NCBI GenBank assembly: GCA_910584295.1
Contig: CAJTYR010000002.1
Span: 136,930-200,929 of the forward strand
Direction of reading: 5' to 3'
Length of the DNA stretch: 64,000 bases
DNA from: an uncultured Christensenella sp.
GTDB taxonomy: Bacteria > Bacillota > Clostridia > Christensenellales > UBA1242
Made by a program: the position numbers and the translations under genes. Below the pieces are notes generated by a model that was not told where the DNA came from, did no database searches, and saw only the letters and a list, made by a program, of their open reading frames with translations. How positions within the stretch are numbered: the first letter of the stretch is position 1; each line of letters opens with the position of its first letter. Below are positions 1 to 10,371 of the stretch, one piece after another.

Positions 1-1439
1 AAGAGGTTTTGGCGAGACTCAACTTCTTGCAGGATGTTGGCTTAAGTTATTTGACATTAAATCGTTCTGCGGAGACTTTGTCTGGTGGAGAAGCTCAAAG
101 AATTCGTCTTGCAACACAGATTGGAAGCGGACTTGTTGGCGTTCTTTATATTTTGGATGAGCCATCAATTGGGCTTCATCAGAGAGACAATGAAAAACTT
201 TTGGCGACTTTGCAAAAACTCAAAAGTTTGGGAAACACACTGATTGTGGTTGAGCATGATGAGGATACCATTCGTTCAGCAGATTTTTTGGTGGATGTTG
301 GACCTTATGCTGGTGTGCATGGTGGAGAGATTGTTGCTGCCGGCACAGTTGATGAAGTTATGAAATCAAAAAAATCAATCACTGCACAATTTTTGCGTGG
401 GGATGACAAGATTGATATTCCAGAAGAAAGAAGAAAGCCAAAAGATTATGTCAGTGTGATTGGTGCAAAAGAGAACAACTTGAAAAACATAGATGTTAAA
501 ATTCCAACAGGTGTGTTTACTGTTGTCACTGGTGTGTCCGGAAGCGGAAAGTCAAGTTTGGTGAATGGAATACTTTTCCCTTATCTTTCAAATCTTTTGA
601 ACAACAGCAAACTTGAACAAGGAGATTTTAAAGAGATTAAAAATGTTGAGGTGCTTGACAAAGTGATAAATATCGACCAAGTACCAATTGGAAGAACTCC
701 AAGAAGTAACCCTGCAACATATACAGGGTTGTTCACCTCAATTCGCGAACTTTTCTCTGCAACACCTGATGCAAAAGCAAAAGGTTATAGTGCAGGAAGA
801 TTTAGTTTCAACATTAAAGGTGGAAGATGTGAAGCTTGTGAAGGTGCTGGTGTTAAAGAGATTGAAATGTATTTCTTGCCAGATATCACAGTTCCTTGTG
901 AGGTCTGTCATGGCAAACGATATAACAGAGAGACTCTTGAAGTGAAATACAAAGGGAAAACCATAAGCGATGTCTTGGACATGACAGTTGAAGAAGCATT
1001 GAAATTTTTTGAAAACATCCCTTCAATCAAAAACAAAATTCAAGCACTTTATGATGTGGGGCTTTCTTATATCAAATTGGGACAACCTGCAACAACACTT
1101 TCTGGTGGAGAGGCTCAAAGGGTTAAACTTGCGTCAGAACTTTCAAGAAGAGAAACTGGCAAGACGATGTATATTTTGGATGAACCAACAACTGGTCTTC
1201 ACATGTATGATGTCAAGAAACTTATTGCAATACTTCAGAGGTTGATTGGAAGCGGAAATTCTGTTGTGGTGATTGAACACAATCTTGATGTCATAAAATG
1301 TGCAGATTACATCATTGATATTGGACCAGAAGGCGGAGATGAGGGCGGAACAATTGTTGCAACCGGCACTCCAGAAGAGATTGCAAAATGTAAACAAAGC
1401 CACACTGGCAGATTTTTGAAGAGAATTTTGAGCGAATGA
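1..1439 (+). CDS. uvrA: Excinuclease ABC subunit A (UvrA), C-terminal ~476 aa; the 5' end lies outside the window
   Basis: Two ABC signatures ([24 protein letters not shown]), Walker [11 protein letters not shown], two ILDEP Walker B motifs, and the zinc module CEACEGAG...CEVCHGKRY. The frame is open to the window edge. Confidence 0.97.
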   Translation, partial: EVLARLNFLQDVGLSYLTLNRSAETLSGGEAQRIRLATQIGSGLVGVLYILDEPSIGLHQRDNEKLLATLQKLKSLGNTLIVVEHDEDTIRSADFLVDVGPYAGVHGGEIVAAGTVDEVMKSKKSITAQFLRGDDKIDIPEERRKPKDYVSVIGAKENNLKNIDVKIPTGVFTVVTGVSGSGKSSLVNGILFPYLSNLLNNSKLEQGDFKEIKNVEVLDKVINIDQVPIGRTPRSNPATYTGLFTSIRELFSATPDAKAKGYSAGRFSFNIKGGRCEACEGAGVKEIEMYFLPDITVPCEVCHGKRYNRETLEVKYKGKTISDVLDMTVEEALKFFENIPSIKNKIQALYDVGLSYIKLGQPATTLSGGEAQRVKLASELSRRETGKTMYILDEPTTGLHMYDVKKLIAILQRLIGSGNSVVVIEHNLDVIKCADYIIDIGPEGGDEGGTIVATGTPEEIAKCKQSHTGRFLKRILSE

Positions 1440-1451
1440 AAAGGAAAAAAT

Positions 1452-1721
1452 ATGGAAGAAATTAAGACAGGTCTTTACAGACATTTCAAAGGTGGCACTG
1501 TTTTTGTCTATGGCATTGAAAAAGCGTCTGAAGATGGTGCTTGCCCAAGAGTGGGGTATGTTGGCATGCAAAATGGACAGCTTTGTTCCAGACCAATTGA
1601 TGACTTTGACAAAGTGGTGAAAGATGACGATGGGAAAATGGTGCCAAGATTTTCTCTTGTTAAAGAGATAAAAGTTGACATACAGTCAATCATCCCTAAA
1701 AATTTAAGCAGCGAGAAATAA
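1452..1721 (+). CDS. DUF1653-family small protein
   Basis: 89 aa with YRHFKGG...RP(x3)F...VPRF, the pattern I associate with DUF1653. It starts 13 nt after the uvrA stop. Confidence 0.7.
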   Translation: MEEIKTGLYRHFKGGTVFVYGIEKASEDGACPRVGYVGMQNGQLCSRPIDDFDKVVKDDDGKMVPRFSLVKEIKVDIQSIIPKNLSSEK

Positions 1722-1754
1722 AATAGGAAAGGTCGCAGACCTTGACATAAAAAA

Positions 1755-1784
1755 TTGACTTTTGCCATCCAATTGATGTAAAAT
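1755..1784 (+). promoter_or_regulatory. Putative sigma-A type promoter for the MBL hydrolase gene
   Basis: TTGACT (1755-1760), an 18-nt spacer, then TAAAAT (1779-1784), about 10 nt upstream of the ATG region. Confidence 0.4.
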
Positions 1785-1793
1785 GGAAAGGCT

Positions 1794-2576
1794 ATGAGAG
1801 TGATTAATTTGGCGTCAGGCAGTGACGGAAATCTTACTTATGTTGAAGGCGGAGGGGCACGAGTTTTGGTGGACCTTGGTGTTTCATGCAAGGATGCGAC
1901 AGAAAGACTGAAATTGATTGGTGTGGATGGAGAAAGTATCGATGCAATTGTTATTTCGCATGAACATTCTGACCATATCAAAGGAGTGAATGTCTTCAGC
2001 AAAAAGTTTCATGTGCCAGTCTATGCTCACAATGAAGTTTGGCAGGGTGGACTTTGTGACAAAATAACTATTCAGGAAAAAGACAGAAAAATTTTTTATG
2101 ATGAATTTTCGATTCAAGAACTTTTGATTTGTCCAGTTGAACTTCCACACGATGTCAAATGTTTTGGATTTTCACTTTCGGAAGGAGATAAAAAAATAAG
2201 CATCATCACTGATGTTGGTCGAACAAATGATGCTATTTTCAATGTTGTAAAGGGAAGCACATTGGTCTATTTGGAAGCAAATCATGATGTTGAGATGCTT
2301 AAGAATTGTCCAACTTATCCATTGTCTCTGAAAATGAGAATAGGTGGTGGAAAAGGGCATCTTTCAAATGATGGTTGTGCAAGTTTTGCTGAAAGGCTTA
2401 TTCGATCTGGAACAAAGCAAATTGTCTTGTCACACTTGAGCAAGGAAACCAACTCTCCGGAATTTGCCTATCATTACATAACTTCAAAACTTGCTGAAAG
2501 TGGACTTGTTGAGGGAGAACATTTCAAGATTGATGTGGCGTTAAGGCAACCAACAACATTTTTTAAATTGAAATAA
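1794..2576 (+). CDS. MBL-fold metallo-hydrolase (YycJ/WalJ-like)
   Basis: HEHSDH metal-binding motif, N-terminal LASGSDGN, 260 aa, and later conserved His/Asp positions (ANHD, GHLSN). Confidence 0.85.
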   Translation: MRVINLASGSDGNLTYVEGGGARVLVDLGVSCKDATERLKLIGVDGESIDAIVISHEHSDHIKGVNVFSKKFHVPVYAHNEVWQGGLCDKITIQEKDRKIFYDEFSIQELLICPVELPHDVKCFGFSLSEGDKKISIITDVGRTNDAIFNVVKGSTLVYLEANHDVEMLKNCPTYPLSLKMRIGGGKGHLSNDGCASFAERLIRSGTKQIVLSHLSKETNSPEFAYHYITSKLAESGLVEGEHFKIDVALRQPTTFFKLK

Positions 2577-2601
2577 GACCCACTTGTGGGTCTTTTTTTG
2601 T
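2576..2601. terminator. Bidirectional intrinsic terminator between the convergent MBL hydrolase and radC genes
   Basis: Stem GACCCAC / GTGGGTC with a TT loop, an A-run upstream and a T-run downstream. Confidence 0.8.
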
Positions 2602-3321
2602 TTATATTATAATTTTGCCATCAGAAAATAATCTGACAAATGAAGATTGGAACTCGCTGTATATTCCATCGTTCCCCACAACAAAACTGTCCAAAAGTTT
2701 GCAGTCAAGAGGGTGTATTATTTCTTGAATATATTTCACTGCATCGCCATCATCTGATGAAGAAATTGCAGAGCCGTTTGGGTGATTATGTGCAACAACA
2801 AGATATGACGGATTTGTTGAAATGATAAAACTAAGCAATTCTAAAGGTGAGATGCCGACGGCTCGGACTTGTTTAAGGCTGTATCTTTTCTTTTGAATGA
2901 GTTTGAAGTCATTGTTGAAAGCAAAAATGAAAAGACTTTCAGTTGAATGAAGTTGCAAGAGAATCTCAAGCATATCAAGAAATTCTCCAGTGTTTTTCAA
3001 GTTGACATCTTTTTCAGATTTTGAAAGTGCATACAAATCAATCATTTGTGCAAACAACTTAATCTTTTTTGCTGAGCGTGTGTTGATTCCTTCAATTGTA
3101 GAAAGGTCACTTATCTCTGCATCTATTATATTTGAAAATGAGCCATACTTGTCCAAAAGGCGATGAGCAAGTGGATTGACATCTCCTCTTGGGAAAATAT
3201 AAGTTAGGAAAAACTCGACGGCTTGGATTTTGCTTACATTGTCTATTCCGGAAGAAAGAACTAGGTCCGTCAACCTTTCTCTATGCCCATTATGAATGCA
3301 AACATCTTCTTTTTTGCTCAT
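2602..3321 (-). CDS. radC: RadC-family JAB/MPN domain protein
   Basis: JAMM motif HNHPNGSAISSSDD near the C-terminus, with an N-terminal HhH-like region. The ATG at 3321 is preferred over the TTG at 3330 used by the ORF track. Confidence 0.88.
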   Translation of the reverse strand: MSKKEDVCIHNGHRERLTDLVLSSGIDNVSKIQAVEFFLTYIFPRGDVNPLAHRLLDKYGSFSNIIDAEISDLSTIEGINTRSAKKIKLFAQMIDLYALSKSEKDVNLKNTGEFLDMLEILLQLHSTESLFIFAFNNDFKLIQKKRYSLKQVRAVGISPLELLSFIISTNPSYLVVAHNHPNGSAISSSDDGDAVKYIQEIIHPLDCKLLDSFVVGNDGIYSEFQSSFVRLFSDGKIII

Positions 3322-3425
3322 ATAAAACAATATCGACCTTTTTCGTGTTATTTAGATTTATTTTAGCATATTTCTTTTAAAAGACAAACTCAATTTTCAT
3401 TTAGAATATTGAAAACGGAGGGAAT

Positions 3426-4094
3426 ATGAAAAAGATTTGTGCTTTAATGTTTGTTTTGGGTGCTTTGGCAGTTTTTGCATGTGCTTGTGGAAAGAAAACA
3501 GAAGATTATGTGAGAGAAAATATGTCGGAAAAGACAGAAACATATTTTTATGGTGAAACCGCAGAAGTTTACGCGACACTTTCTTCTGGGAAAAGAGAAA
3601 ATAAATATTTGATGAATGGTATAAGCGAAAAGAAAGTTGACTTCTCACTGCTTACTTTAAATTTTTACAATGAAACGTTTGGAAATGGAATCAATATTAA
3701 AGTTGTGATTGATGGAGTTGAAAGCACAAAATTTCTGGAACTTAATACTCTTAACAACACATATATGATTGATCTTGAAACAAAATTTTCTGGAAAAGAA
3801 GAAATCTCTGTTGAATATATGGAGGAAAAGATTACTCTTGAAAATGTTTCAAAAGATTTTAAGGTGGGAGCAAATAAAGCGATTGAAATCGCATCAAAAG
3901 AACTCTCAAAGTTTATTATGAAAGAAAAGAAGATGTCTTCGCTTAATGCTGAATGTTATTTAAGAGTGCTTGACAAACGTGCTAATAATTTCCAAGATAT
4001 GTTTTGGGTTTTCACAGTAGTAAACACAAAAAATGAAAATTACTCAGTTGTAATTTCGACCGTGGATGGTTCTGTGCTTTCAAAAAGTGAATAG
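3426..4094 (+). CDS. Putative lipoprotein of unknown function
   Basis: The N-terminus MKKICALMFVLGALAVFACACGKK gives a signal peptide with a lipobox-like Cys. RBS GGAGGGAA lies upstream. Confidence 0.7.
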   Translation: MKKICALMFVLGALAVFACACGKKTEDYVRENMSEKTETYFYGETAEVYATLSSGKRENKYLMNGISEKKVDFSLLTLNFYNETFGNGINIKVVIDGVESTKFLELNTLNNTYMIDLETKFSGKEEISVEYMEEKITLENVSKDFKVGANKAIEIASKELSKFIMKEKKMSSLNAECYLRVLDKRANNFQDMFWVFTVVNTKNENYSVVISTVDGSVLSKSE

Positions 4095-4135
4095 TTTTGT
4101 TTGTGTTTTTTGCAAGGCTTTGATATAATCAAATT

Positions 4136-5221
4136 ATGAAAAAAATGCACAACACACAAGAATTGGAAATAGAAAAAGCAATTGTTTTTTGTCCTATTGA
4201 AGATGAAAGAGATAAAGAATATCAGTTTGTTGAGATAAGCAGGCTGTGTTTTTCTGCTGGTCTTGAGGTGGTGGAAATTTTCTCTCAAAAACTTGATGCT
4301 TTCAACAGAAGAACAATCATGGGCAGTGGTAAACTTGAAGAAATTAAAGAGTTTTTAAGAGATAATGAGTGTGATTGTCTGGTTGTTGATTTTCAATTAA
4401 CAGGTTCACAACTTCGTAATCTGTCCGATGAACTTGGCGTCAAGGTTTTGGACAGAATTCTTCTAATCATCGATATTTTTGCTTTGAATGCAAAATCAAG
4501 CGAAGGAAAAATCGAAGTTAAACTTGCACAAGATAAATATTTGCTTACAAGGCTTTCTTCAATGAGAGGAAGTGCTGGGCGTTTCGGCGGAAAAGGTGCA
4601 GGTATGCGCGGACCAGGTGAAACAAAACTCGAGCTTGATAGAAGAAAACTGGAAAAAGAAATTTTGTCGCTTCAAGATTCAATAACAAAAATCAAAAACA
4701 GCAGAAAGCAAAATCGTGTTCTTCGCCAGAAAAATGGTATAAAAAGCGTTGTTTTGGGTGGATATACAAATGCTGGCAAAAGTTCGATCTTTAATCTTCT
4801 CACTAAAGAGTCAATCTATGCGGATGACAAACTTTTTGCGACGTTGGACACGACAAGCAGAAGGCTTTTTTTGAGAGATGGTGAGTTTTGTCTTTTGACA
4901 GATACAGTGGGATTTATCAGCAAACTTCCGCACGAACTTGTGGAAAGTTTTTCTGCGACATTGGAAGAAGTGGCTTCAGCAGATCTCGTGCTTCATGTGG
5001 TGGATGTCTCTGATCCATTTTTCAAAAAAAATATTGAAATCACAAATGAAATCCTTGATGGCATTGGGGCGACAGAAAATCGTATTGTGATTTTAAATAA
5101 AAGTGATTTACTTGATAAACCTATTCAGATTGAGAAAAATCAGATTTTGTTTTCAACAAAAAACAAGAACGGTGTTGAAAAATTGAAAAATTTTATTTCT
5201 CAGGCGCTGGAGGACAAATGA
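4136..5221 (+). CDS. hflX: GTPase HflX
   Basis: G1 GGYTNAGKSS, G3 DTVGF and G4 NKSD. An HflX-type N-terminal domain carries the glycine-rich GGKGAGMRGPGETKLE segment. Confidence 0.93.
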   Translation: MKKMHNTQELEIEKAIVFCPIEDERDKEYQFVEISRLCFSAGLEVVEIFSQKLDAFNRRTIMGSGKLEEIKEFLRDNECDCLVVDFQLTGSQLRNLSDELGVKVLDRILLIIDIFALNAKSSEGKIEVKLAQDKYLLTRLSSMRGSAGRFGGKGAGMRGPGETKLELDRRKLEKEILSLQDSITKIKNSRKQNRVLRQKNGIKSVVLGGYTNAGKSSIFNLLTKESIYADDKLFATLDTTSRRLFLRDGEFCLLTDTVGFISKLPHELVESFSATLEEVASADLVLHVVDVSDPFFKKNIEITNEILDGIGATENRIVILNKSDLLDKPIQIEKNQILFSTKNKNGVEKLKNFISQALEDK

Positions 5222-6438
5222 TGAACAGGCGTAGCAATTGGCTTTATGTTTTTTCGGAAGGAATAAGCAGTGATTTGCTGTTTTGGATTGTCATTTCAAG
5301 TTTGTTTTTGACCACAGTCAAGGGGATGTCTTCATTTCAAGTGATTTTGATTTCTCTTGTTGGTGCGGGATTCAGTTTGGTTCTCTTTCCGCTTATCAAC
5401 CTCTTCATAAGAAAGGCTGGAAACTATTGGTCTTGCGTGCTTGGAGCAAGTTTGCTTTTGCTTGCTGTTGTTCTTTACACGTTTTGCAAGACGATTTATG
5501 GATTTTGTGTGGCAGCAGTGCTTTATGAAATTTCTTTCATCTTTATGTCAATTCGAAGTGTTATGCTTAAAAACAATCTAAAAGAGCAGGGAAAGAGTGA
5601 AGAGTTTGTTAAGTGGAGATCATATTCAAAACTTGTGTATGCTGTTGTGACTTGCGTCATTTCTGTCGTCACTGGTTATTTGTTTAATTTTTATACATAT
5701 CTGCCACAAATCTTGTCAATCGCTTGTGCAGTCATTGGACTTATTTTGGCAATTTTATATCGAGATTCAAGAGAAGTTGTTGCTGAAAAACAGACGAAGT
5801 TTGATTTTTCGCTCTTTAAAAATGGTGCTTTACAATTCTTTATTATTTTGATGGGGGTTGCATTTGGAGTTTTGTCTTTCAGTCAGACAAAGACAAATCT
5901 TCTTATGCAACTTATCATGACAGACGCAGGTGTCAGTGTTGCAAAAATAAGCATTGTGATAAGTTGGGTTGTTGTTGTGTCAAGAATTGTCAGAATTGCA
6001 TCAATCATTGTTTTCAATGCAATTTATGCAAGAAAGAAAAATTCCAAAGTTTATATGACGACATTTGTGATTATGACAATGTCGGCTGTTCTGCTTTTCT
6101 TGATAGGTGCAAATGTGAAGATGAATGTGGTGGTTGCAATCATCTTGGTTGGATTGGCACTTTTGATTGCATGTGCAACCAGAGATCCTTTTTCAATCAT
6201 AAAAGAAAAAGTTGCACTCTCTTTGACTGAAGATGAGCAGCAACCATCAATGTTTTCTTTGATGAAAATTTACAACATGGTCGGCAAACTTTTGATTACA
6301 CTTCTTGCAATGCTCATGACGATGTATGTGTCTCTTAATTATGTTTATTATGCTATTCTTCCAATTTGCGTTGTTATTGTTGCACTCAATTTTGTCTTTT
6401 GGCGTATGGTCGAAAAGAGAAATAAAAAAACACCATAG
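5218..6438 (+). CDS. Polytopic membrane protein, MFS-like transporter
   Basis: 406 aa with about 10-12 hydrophobic segments. The start overlaps the hflX stop (ATGATGA). Confidence 0.6.
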   Translation: MMNRRSNWLYVFSEGISSDLLFWIVISSLFLTTVKGMSSFQVILISLVGAGFSLVLFPLINLFIRKAGNYWSCVLGASLLLLAVVLYTFCKTIYGFCVAAVLYEISFIFMSIRSVMLKNNLKEQGKSEEFVKWRSYSKLVYAVVTCVISVVTGYLFNFYTYLPQILSIACAVIGLILAILYRDSREVVAEKQTKFDFSLFKNGALQFFIILMGVAFGVLSFSQTKTNLLMQLIMTDAGVSVAKISIVISWVVVVSRIVRIASIIVFNAIYARKKNSKVYMTTFVIMTMSAVLLFLIGANVKMNVVVAIILVGLALLIACATRDPFSIIKEKVALSLTEDEQQPSMFSLMKIYNMVGKLLITLLAMLMTMYVSLNYVYYAILPICVVIVALNFVFWRMVEKRNKKTP

Positions 6439-6450
6439 TTGATGGTGTTT

Positions 6451-6660
6451 TTATTTTTGACATTCGTTGAGTTTTTTCAAAAGGAAGTCAACATCCACTC
6501 CATGCACCATGCCGGCTTCTTCAACTGTTTCCATTTGGCTGACAGGACAAGAGATGCAATGCATTCCAAAACCCATAAACACTTCAGCAAGTTCTGGACA
6601 GGTTGTCAACACTTCTCCGATTGTCATTTCTTTAGTGATTTCTTTCTTCTTTTTTGCCAT
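6451..6660 (-). CDS. DUF1858 domain protein (hybrid-cluster-protein-associated redox disulfide type)
   Basis: 69 aa: TIGEVLTTCPELAEVFMGFGMHCISCPVSQMETVEEA. This shows the typical CxxC-containing DUF1858 pattern. Confidence 0.75.
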   Translation of the reverse strand: MAKKKKEITKEMTIGEVLTTCPELAEVFMGFGMHCISCPVSQMETVEEAGMVHGVDVDFLLKKLNECQK

Positions 6661-6824
6661 TGCTTTTCTCCTGACAAAATAATATCACAAAGACTAAAAT
6701 TATGTCAAATCCACAAGCGAAAATGAAAAAAATCACTTTATCGAATTTTCTCATATTTGGTCTAATTTTTGTTTTTGTAGTTATTTTGATTTTGTTTTGC
6801 ATAGACAAATCATAGAGGTGACTG

Positions 6825-7487
6825 ATGGATTATTTGGCAAAAAAAGTTGTTGAACTTGAGAGTGGAAAACAAATTGGTTTTGTGCTTGATTATGCAATTG
6901 ACTTTCAGAAATTTTGCTTGAAAGGTTTTTATGTTGTGGATGAAGAGACACAAGGAGAATATCTTTTGAAACTTGAGGATATCCAAAGTGTGGGGGATGT
7001 TGTTCTGATTTTGGATGTGACAAAGATGGAGTTTGTTCCGGCAAGAGAAAAAAATCTGATTGGAAAAGAAGTCTTGACGGAGCAAGGTTTTTCATTGGGT
7101 TTTGTTGATATGCTTATTTTTGACAAAAGTAAGCTTAAATCTGTTTGTACTCAAATTTGTGAAATTCCAATCAAGATTATTGATTTTGTTGGAGAGGATT
7201 GTTTGTTTTTGAAAGGAAGAAGAAAAACAAGAAAAATAAAAAATGTTTTTTCTCCTATTCTTGAAGAGCCAAAAGTTGTAGCAATGTTGAATGTTAATGA
7301 AAAGATTACCCCAGAAAAAGTCAACCTTTCTTTCAGTTATTTTGCAGGAAAACTTGCAACGTGTGATGTTTTTGGTTATAACAATGAAAGAATTGTTTTA
7401 AAAAATGAAAAAATTACAAAAATTATTTTTGAAAATGCAAAAAAACATAATAAATTAAATGAATTGTTTTTTGCGCTTAAAAAATAA
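6825..7487 (+). CDS. PRC-barrel domain protein (YlmC/YmxH-like, duplicated)
   Basis: Two repeats of the pattern KKVVELESGKQIGFVLDYAIDF / IGKEVLTEQGFSLGFVDMLIFD. Confidence 0.55.
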   Translation: MDYLAKKVVELESGKQIGFVLDYAIDFQKFCLKGFYVVDEETQGEYLLKLEDIQSVGDVVLILDVTKMEFVPAREKNLIGKEVLTEQGFSLGFVDMLIFDKSKLKSVCTQICEIPIKIIDFVGEDCLFLKGRRKTRKIKNVFSPILEEPKVVAMLNVNEKITPEKVNLSFSYFAGKLATCDVFGYNNERIVLKNEKITKIIFENAKKHNKLNELFFALKK

Positions 7488-7645
7488 AAATAAAAAATAA
7501 TTAAAAAAATAATTTTAATCATTTTATTTAGGTATTTCTAGGATTTTTTAAGAAAATAATATTTATATTATTTATTATTTTTTTCTTCTCAATTTATTTG
7601 TATTTTTGAGCATAATTGTAGTATCATAACAAAGAGAGGGATATT

Positions 7646-10339
7646 ATGGTTAGAGTCATTCCTAGAAAAACGAAAGTTAAATCTGAATTTATTAGAGGTG
7701 TCACTGGTCTCGACCTTTTGTTGGGGCTTATTTTTATTGCTGTTGCAATCGTTTTGTTTTTGGCAAATTTTGATTTTCATATTTGGATTGCAGTTGCATG
7801 GCTTATTGTTACAATCTCAATGTTCTTGAAACTTGCTGATGAAGAAAGATTTTATGTCACCATAGTTTTCTTACTTCGGTATTCAGTTCAGAAAAAGAAA
7901 TTTACTAAGGATTCTGACAAGAAAAAATCAAACATACATGAGATGATTGCTTATGAAGGCATCTATCAAGACAAATACATAAACTTTGGGCTTTATAGTG
8001 CCGCTGTTCTTGAAATCCAACCAATGTTTTTTACTCTTTTGACAGAATACTATCAAGACAATGTTATTGAATCATTTGCAAATGCTCTTCGCCGTCTTAC
8101 TCCAGACCAAACTTGTGAAATTGTCAAAATCAGCAAACCAATGGTTTTGGACAGATATATTTACAACGAGAATCATAAATATGATGTGCTTTATGATATG
8201 CAATATGACGGACAGGTTTCTCAAAAAGAGATCGATTCTCGTGCTCCAATTTTTGAAGAAAGAGTTTCTCTCTATGAAATGATGAATCGTCAAGCAAAGG
8301 TTTTTAAAGATCATTTCTATGTTGTGGTTTATGACAAAGATAAGGAAGTGCTTGACAACACAGTGAGTGGTATGATCAACGCAATGGCTGCATCGCTCAA
8401 CCCAATCACTGCAAAGAGAGTTGAAGGAAATGATCTTCTTGTTTTCCTCAAAGCAAATCTTGGAAAAGATTTTGATGAGAGAGAATTGGAGGTTACTCCT
8501 ATCACAGAACAACTCAATTGGGCAACACCAAACAAAATTAAATTTAACATCGCAAGATATTTCATTGATGACCAGTGTTATCGTTGCTTTGCGCTTTCAG
8601 ACTATCCTATTCAAGTTGGAAATGCATGGGGTGCAGGGGTCTTCTTGATGGACAGAACAAGAACGGTTATGAAATTTTCTCCAATTGGAAGACTTGAGTC
8701 TGAGAAGCAAATTGACCGCGCCATCATGGAAATGGAAACAAAGCTTTCAAAAGCAGGAAGAAGTTCTGCTCAGATTGAAATGCAGACCCACCTTGAAACT
8801 TTGAGGGGTTTGCTTCAAAGTTTGAAGACAAACAACCAAACAATGTTTAATGTCAACACCTATATCATTGCGGAAGATTCTGCAAAGAAAGATGTCAGGG
8901 CTATGCTTAAACAGCAAGGCTATCGATATTCCGAATTGTTTGCAAAACAAATTGATGGATTCATCTCTTCAAATGTTTCAAGGAGAGACAGCATGAAGGG
9001 GACACTTCGTGGAATTCCAACATCGACTTTGGCCGCAACTTTCCCATTTATCTCAAACGCATTGCAAGACCCAAATGGATTTTACATTGGAGACAATGAA
9101 TACCCAGTGTTTGTTGATTTCTTTAAGAGAGACAGAGAAAGGGTTAACTCAAACATGATGGTTATCGGAAAATCTGGTTCTGGAAAGAGTTACGCAACAA
9201 AGACTCTTTTGACAAACCTTGCAGCCGACAATTGTAAGATCTTCATTCTTGACCCAGAAAATGAATACAAAGATTTGACAGCCAGCCTTGGCGGAAAGTT
9301 TATTGACGTTGGTTCTTCAACTTATGGTATTTTGAATCCATTCCACGTTATTTCTTCTTTGGAGGCTTCTGAAGACGAAGAGGAAGATGAAGAAGAACAA
9401 CTTGACGAATATGGCAGACCTATTCAAAAAAAGAAAAAGATGGAAAAGAAGGATGACTCGTTCTCACAGCACTTGCAGTTCTTGGAACAATTCTTCAGAG
9501 TTATTTTGGAAGGTATCAATTCAGACGCGTTTGAGGTTTTGAACTCCCTCATCATCGATGTTTACAGGGAAAAGGGGATTGATGAATATTCAAACCTTGC
9601 AAGACTTGGAGCAGAAGATTATCCTATTTTTGATGATTTGTATGCTTTGATTTTGAGAAGAATTAAAGAGGCAAAAGATGAATTCTCTTTGAGAAACCTT
9701 ATGACAGTTGAAACTTACATAAAGAAATTTGCGACTGGTGGAAGAAACAGTGCTCTCTGGAATGGACCTACATCAATTGAAACAAACGAAAACTTTGTTA
9801 CTTTCAACTTCCAAGCTTTGGTTGCTGGAAACAACCCACAAATCACCAATGCACAGATGCTTTTGGTGTTTAGATATCTTAACAACGAAATTATTAACAA
9901 CAAAGACTTCAACAAGAAGTATAGAAAAAACAGAAAAGTCATTATTGCGGTCGATGAAGCGCATATCTTCATCAATCCAAAATATCCAATCGCTTTGGAC
10001 TTTATGGCGCAGATGGCAAAGCGTATCAGAAAATACGGTGGAATGCAGATTGTCATCACGCAGAACATTGCCGACTTTGTCGGAACTGAAGAAATCAGAA
10101 GACAATCTACTGCCGTTATTAATGCCTGCCAATATTCACTTATCTTTGCGTTGGCTCCAGCAGATATTTCCGACCTTGTTCAACTTTATGAAAAATCTGG
10201 TGGTATCAACGAGGAAGAACAAAACACAATTGTTACTGCCGGTGTTGGACAAGCTTTCCTTATCACAGGGGCTTCATCAAGAACTACTGTTCAAATTGTT
10301 GCATCAGATTATGTGAGACAATTGTTTGAAGGAAGATAG
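7646..10339 (+). CDS. VirB4/TrsE/PrgJ-type conjugation-class ATPase with a fused N-terminal PrgI/VirB3-like two-TM hairpin
   Basis: Walker A GKSGSGKS (9167-9190), then ILDPENEYKDL. Walker B IIAVDEAH (9941-9964), then VITQNIADF. The N-terminus IPRKTKVKSEFIRGVTGLDLLLGLIFIAVAIVLFL...IWIAVAWLIVTISMFL (about 7703-7835) is PrgI-like. RBS AGAGAGGG lies upstream. Confidence 0.8.
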   Translation: MVRVIPRKTKVKSEFIRGVTGLDLLLGLIFIAVAIVLFLANFDFHIWIAVAWLIVTISMFLKLADEERFYVTIVFLLRYSVQKKKFTKDSDKKKSNIHEMIAYEGIYQDKYINFGLYSAAVLEIQPMFFTLLTEYYQDNVIESFANALRRLTPDQTCEIVKISKPMVLDRYIYNENHKYDVLYDMQYDGQVSQKEIDSRAPIFEERVSLYEMMNRQAKVFKDHFYVVVYDKDKEVLDNTVSGMINAMAASLNPITAKRVEGNDLLVFLKANLGKDFDERELEVTPITEQLNWATPNKIKFNIARYFIDDQCYRCFALSDYPIQVGNAWGAGVFLMDRTRTVMKFSPIGRLESEKQIDRAIMEMETKLSKAGRSSAQIEMQTHLETLRGLLQSLKTNNQTMFNVNTYIIAEDSAKKDVRAMLKQQGYRYSELFAKQIDGFISSNVSRRDSMKGTLRGIPTSTLAATFPFISNALQDPNGFYIGDNEYPVFVDFFKRDRERVNSNMMVIGKSGSGKSYATKTLLTNLAADNCKIFILDPENEYKDLTASLGGKFIDVGSSTYGILNPFHVISSLEASEDEEEDEEEQLDEYGRPIQKKKKMEKKDDSFSQHLQFLEQFFRVILEGINSDAFEVLNSLIIDVYREKGIDEYSNLARLGAEDYPIFDDLYALILRRIKEAKDEFSLRNLMTVETYIKKFATGGRNSALWNGPTSIETNENFVTFNFQALVAGNNPQITNAQMLLVFRYLNNEIINNKDFNKKYRKNRKVIIAVDEAHIFINPKYPIALDFMAQMAKRIRKYGGMQIVITQNIADFVGTEEIRRQSTAVINACQYSLIFALAPADISDLVQLYEKSGGINEEEQNTIVTAGVGQAFLITGASSRTTVQIVASDYVRQLFEGR

Positions 10340-10371
10340 TTTACAAATTTTAATTTTATGAAAAGGATGCT

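Noticed and set aside
6439-6726. 95-aa and 71-aa + strand ORFs opposite the DUF1858 gene.
   Set aside because: They are antisense to a well-formed small gene with a recognisable domain. They are His/Cys/Phe-rich shadow frames without an RBS.
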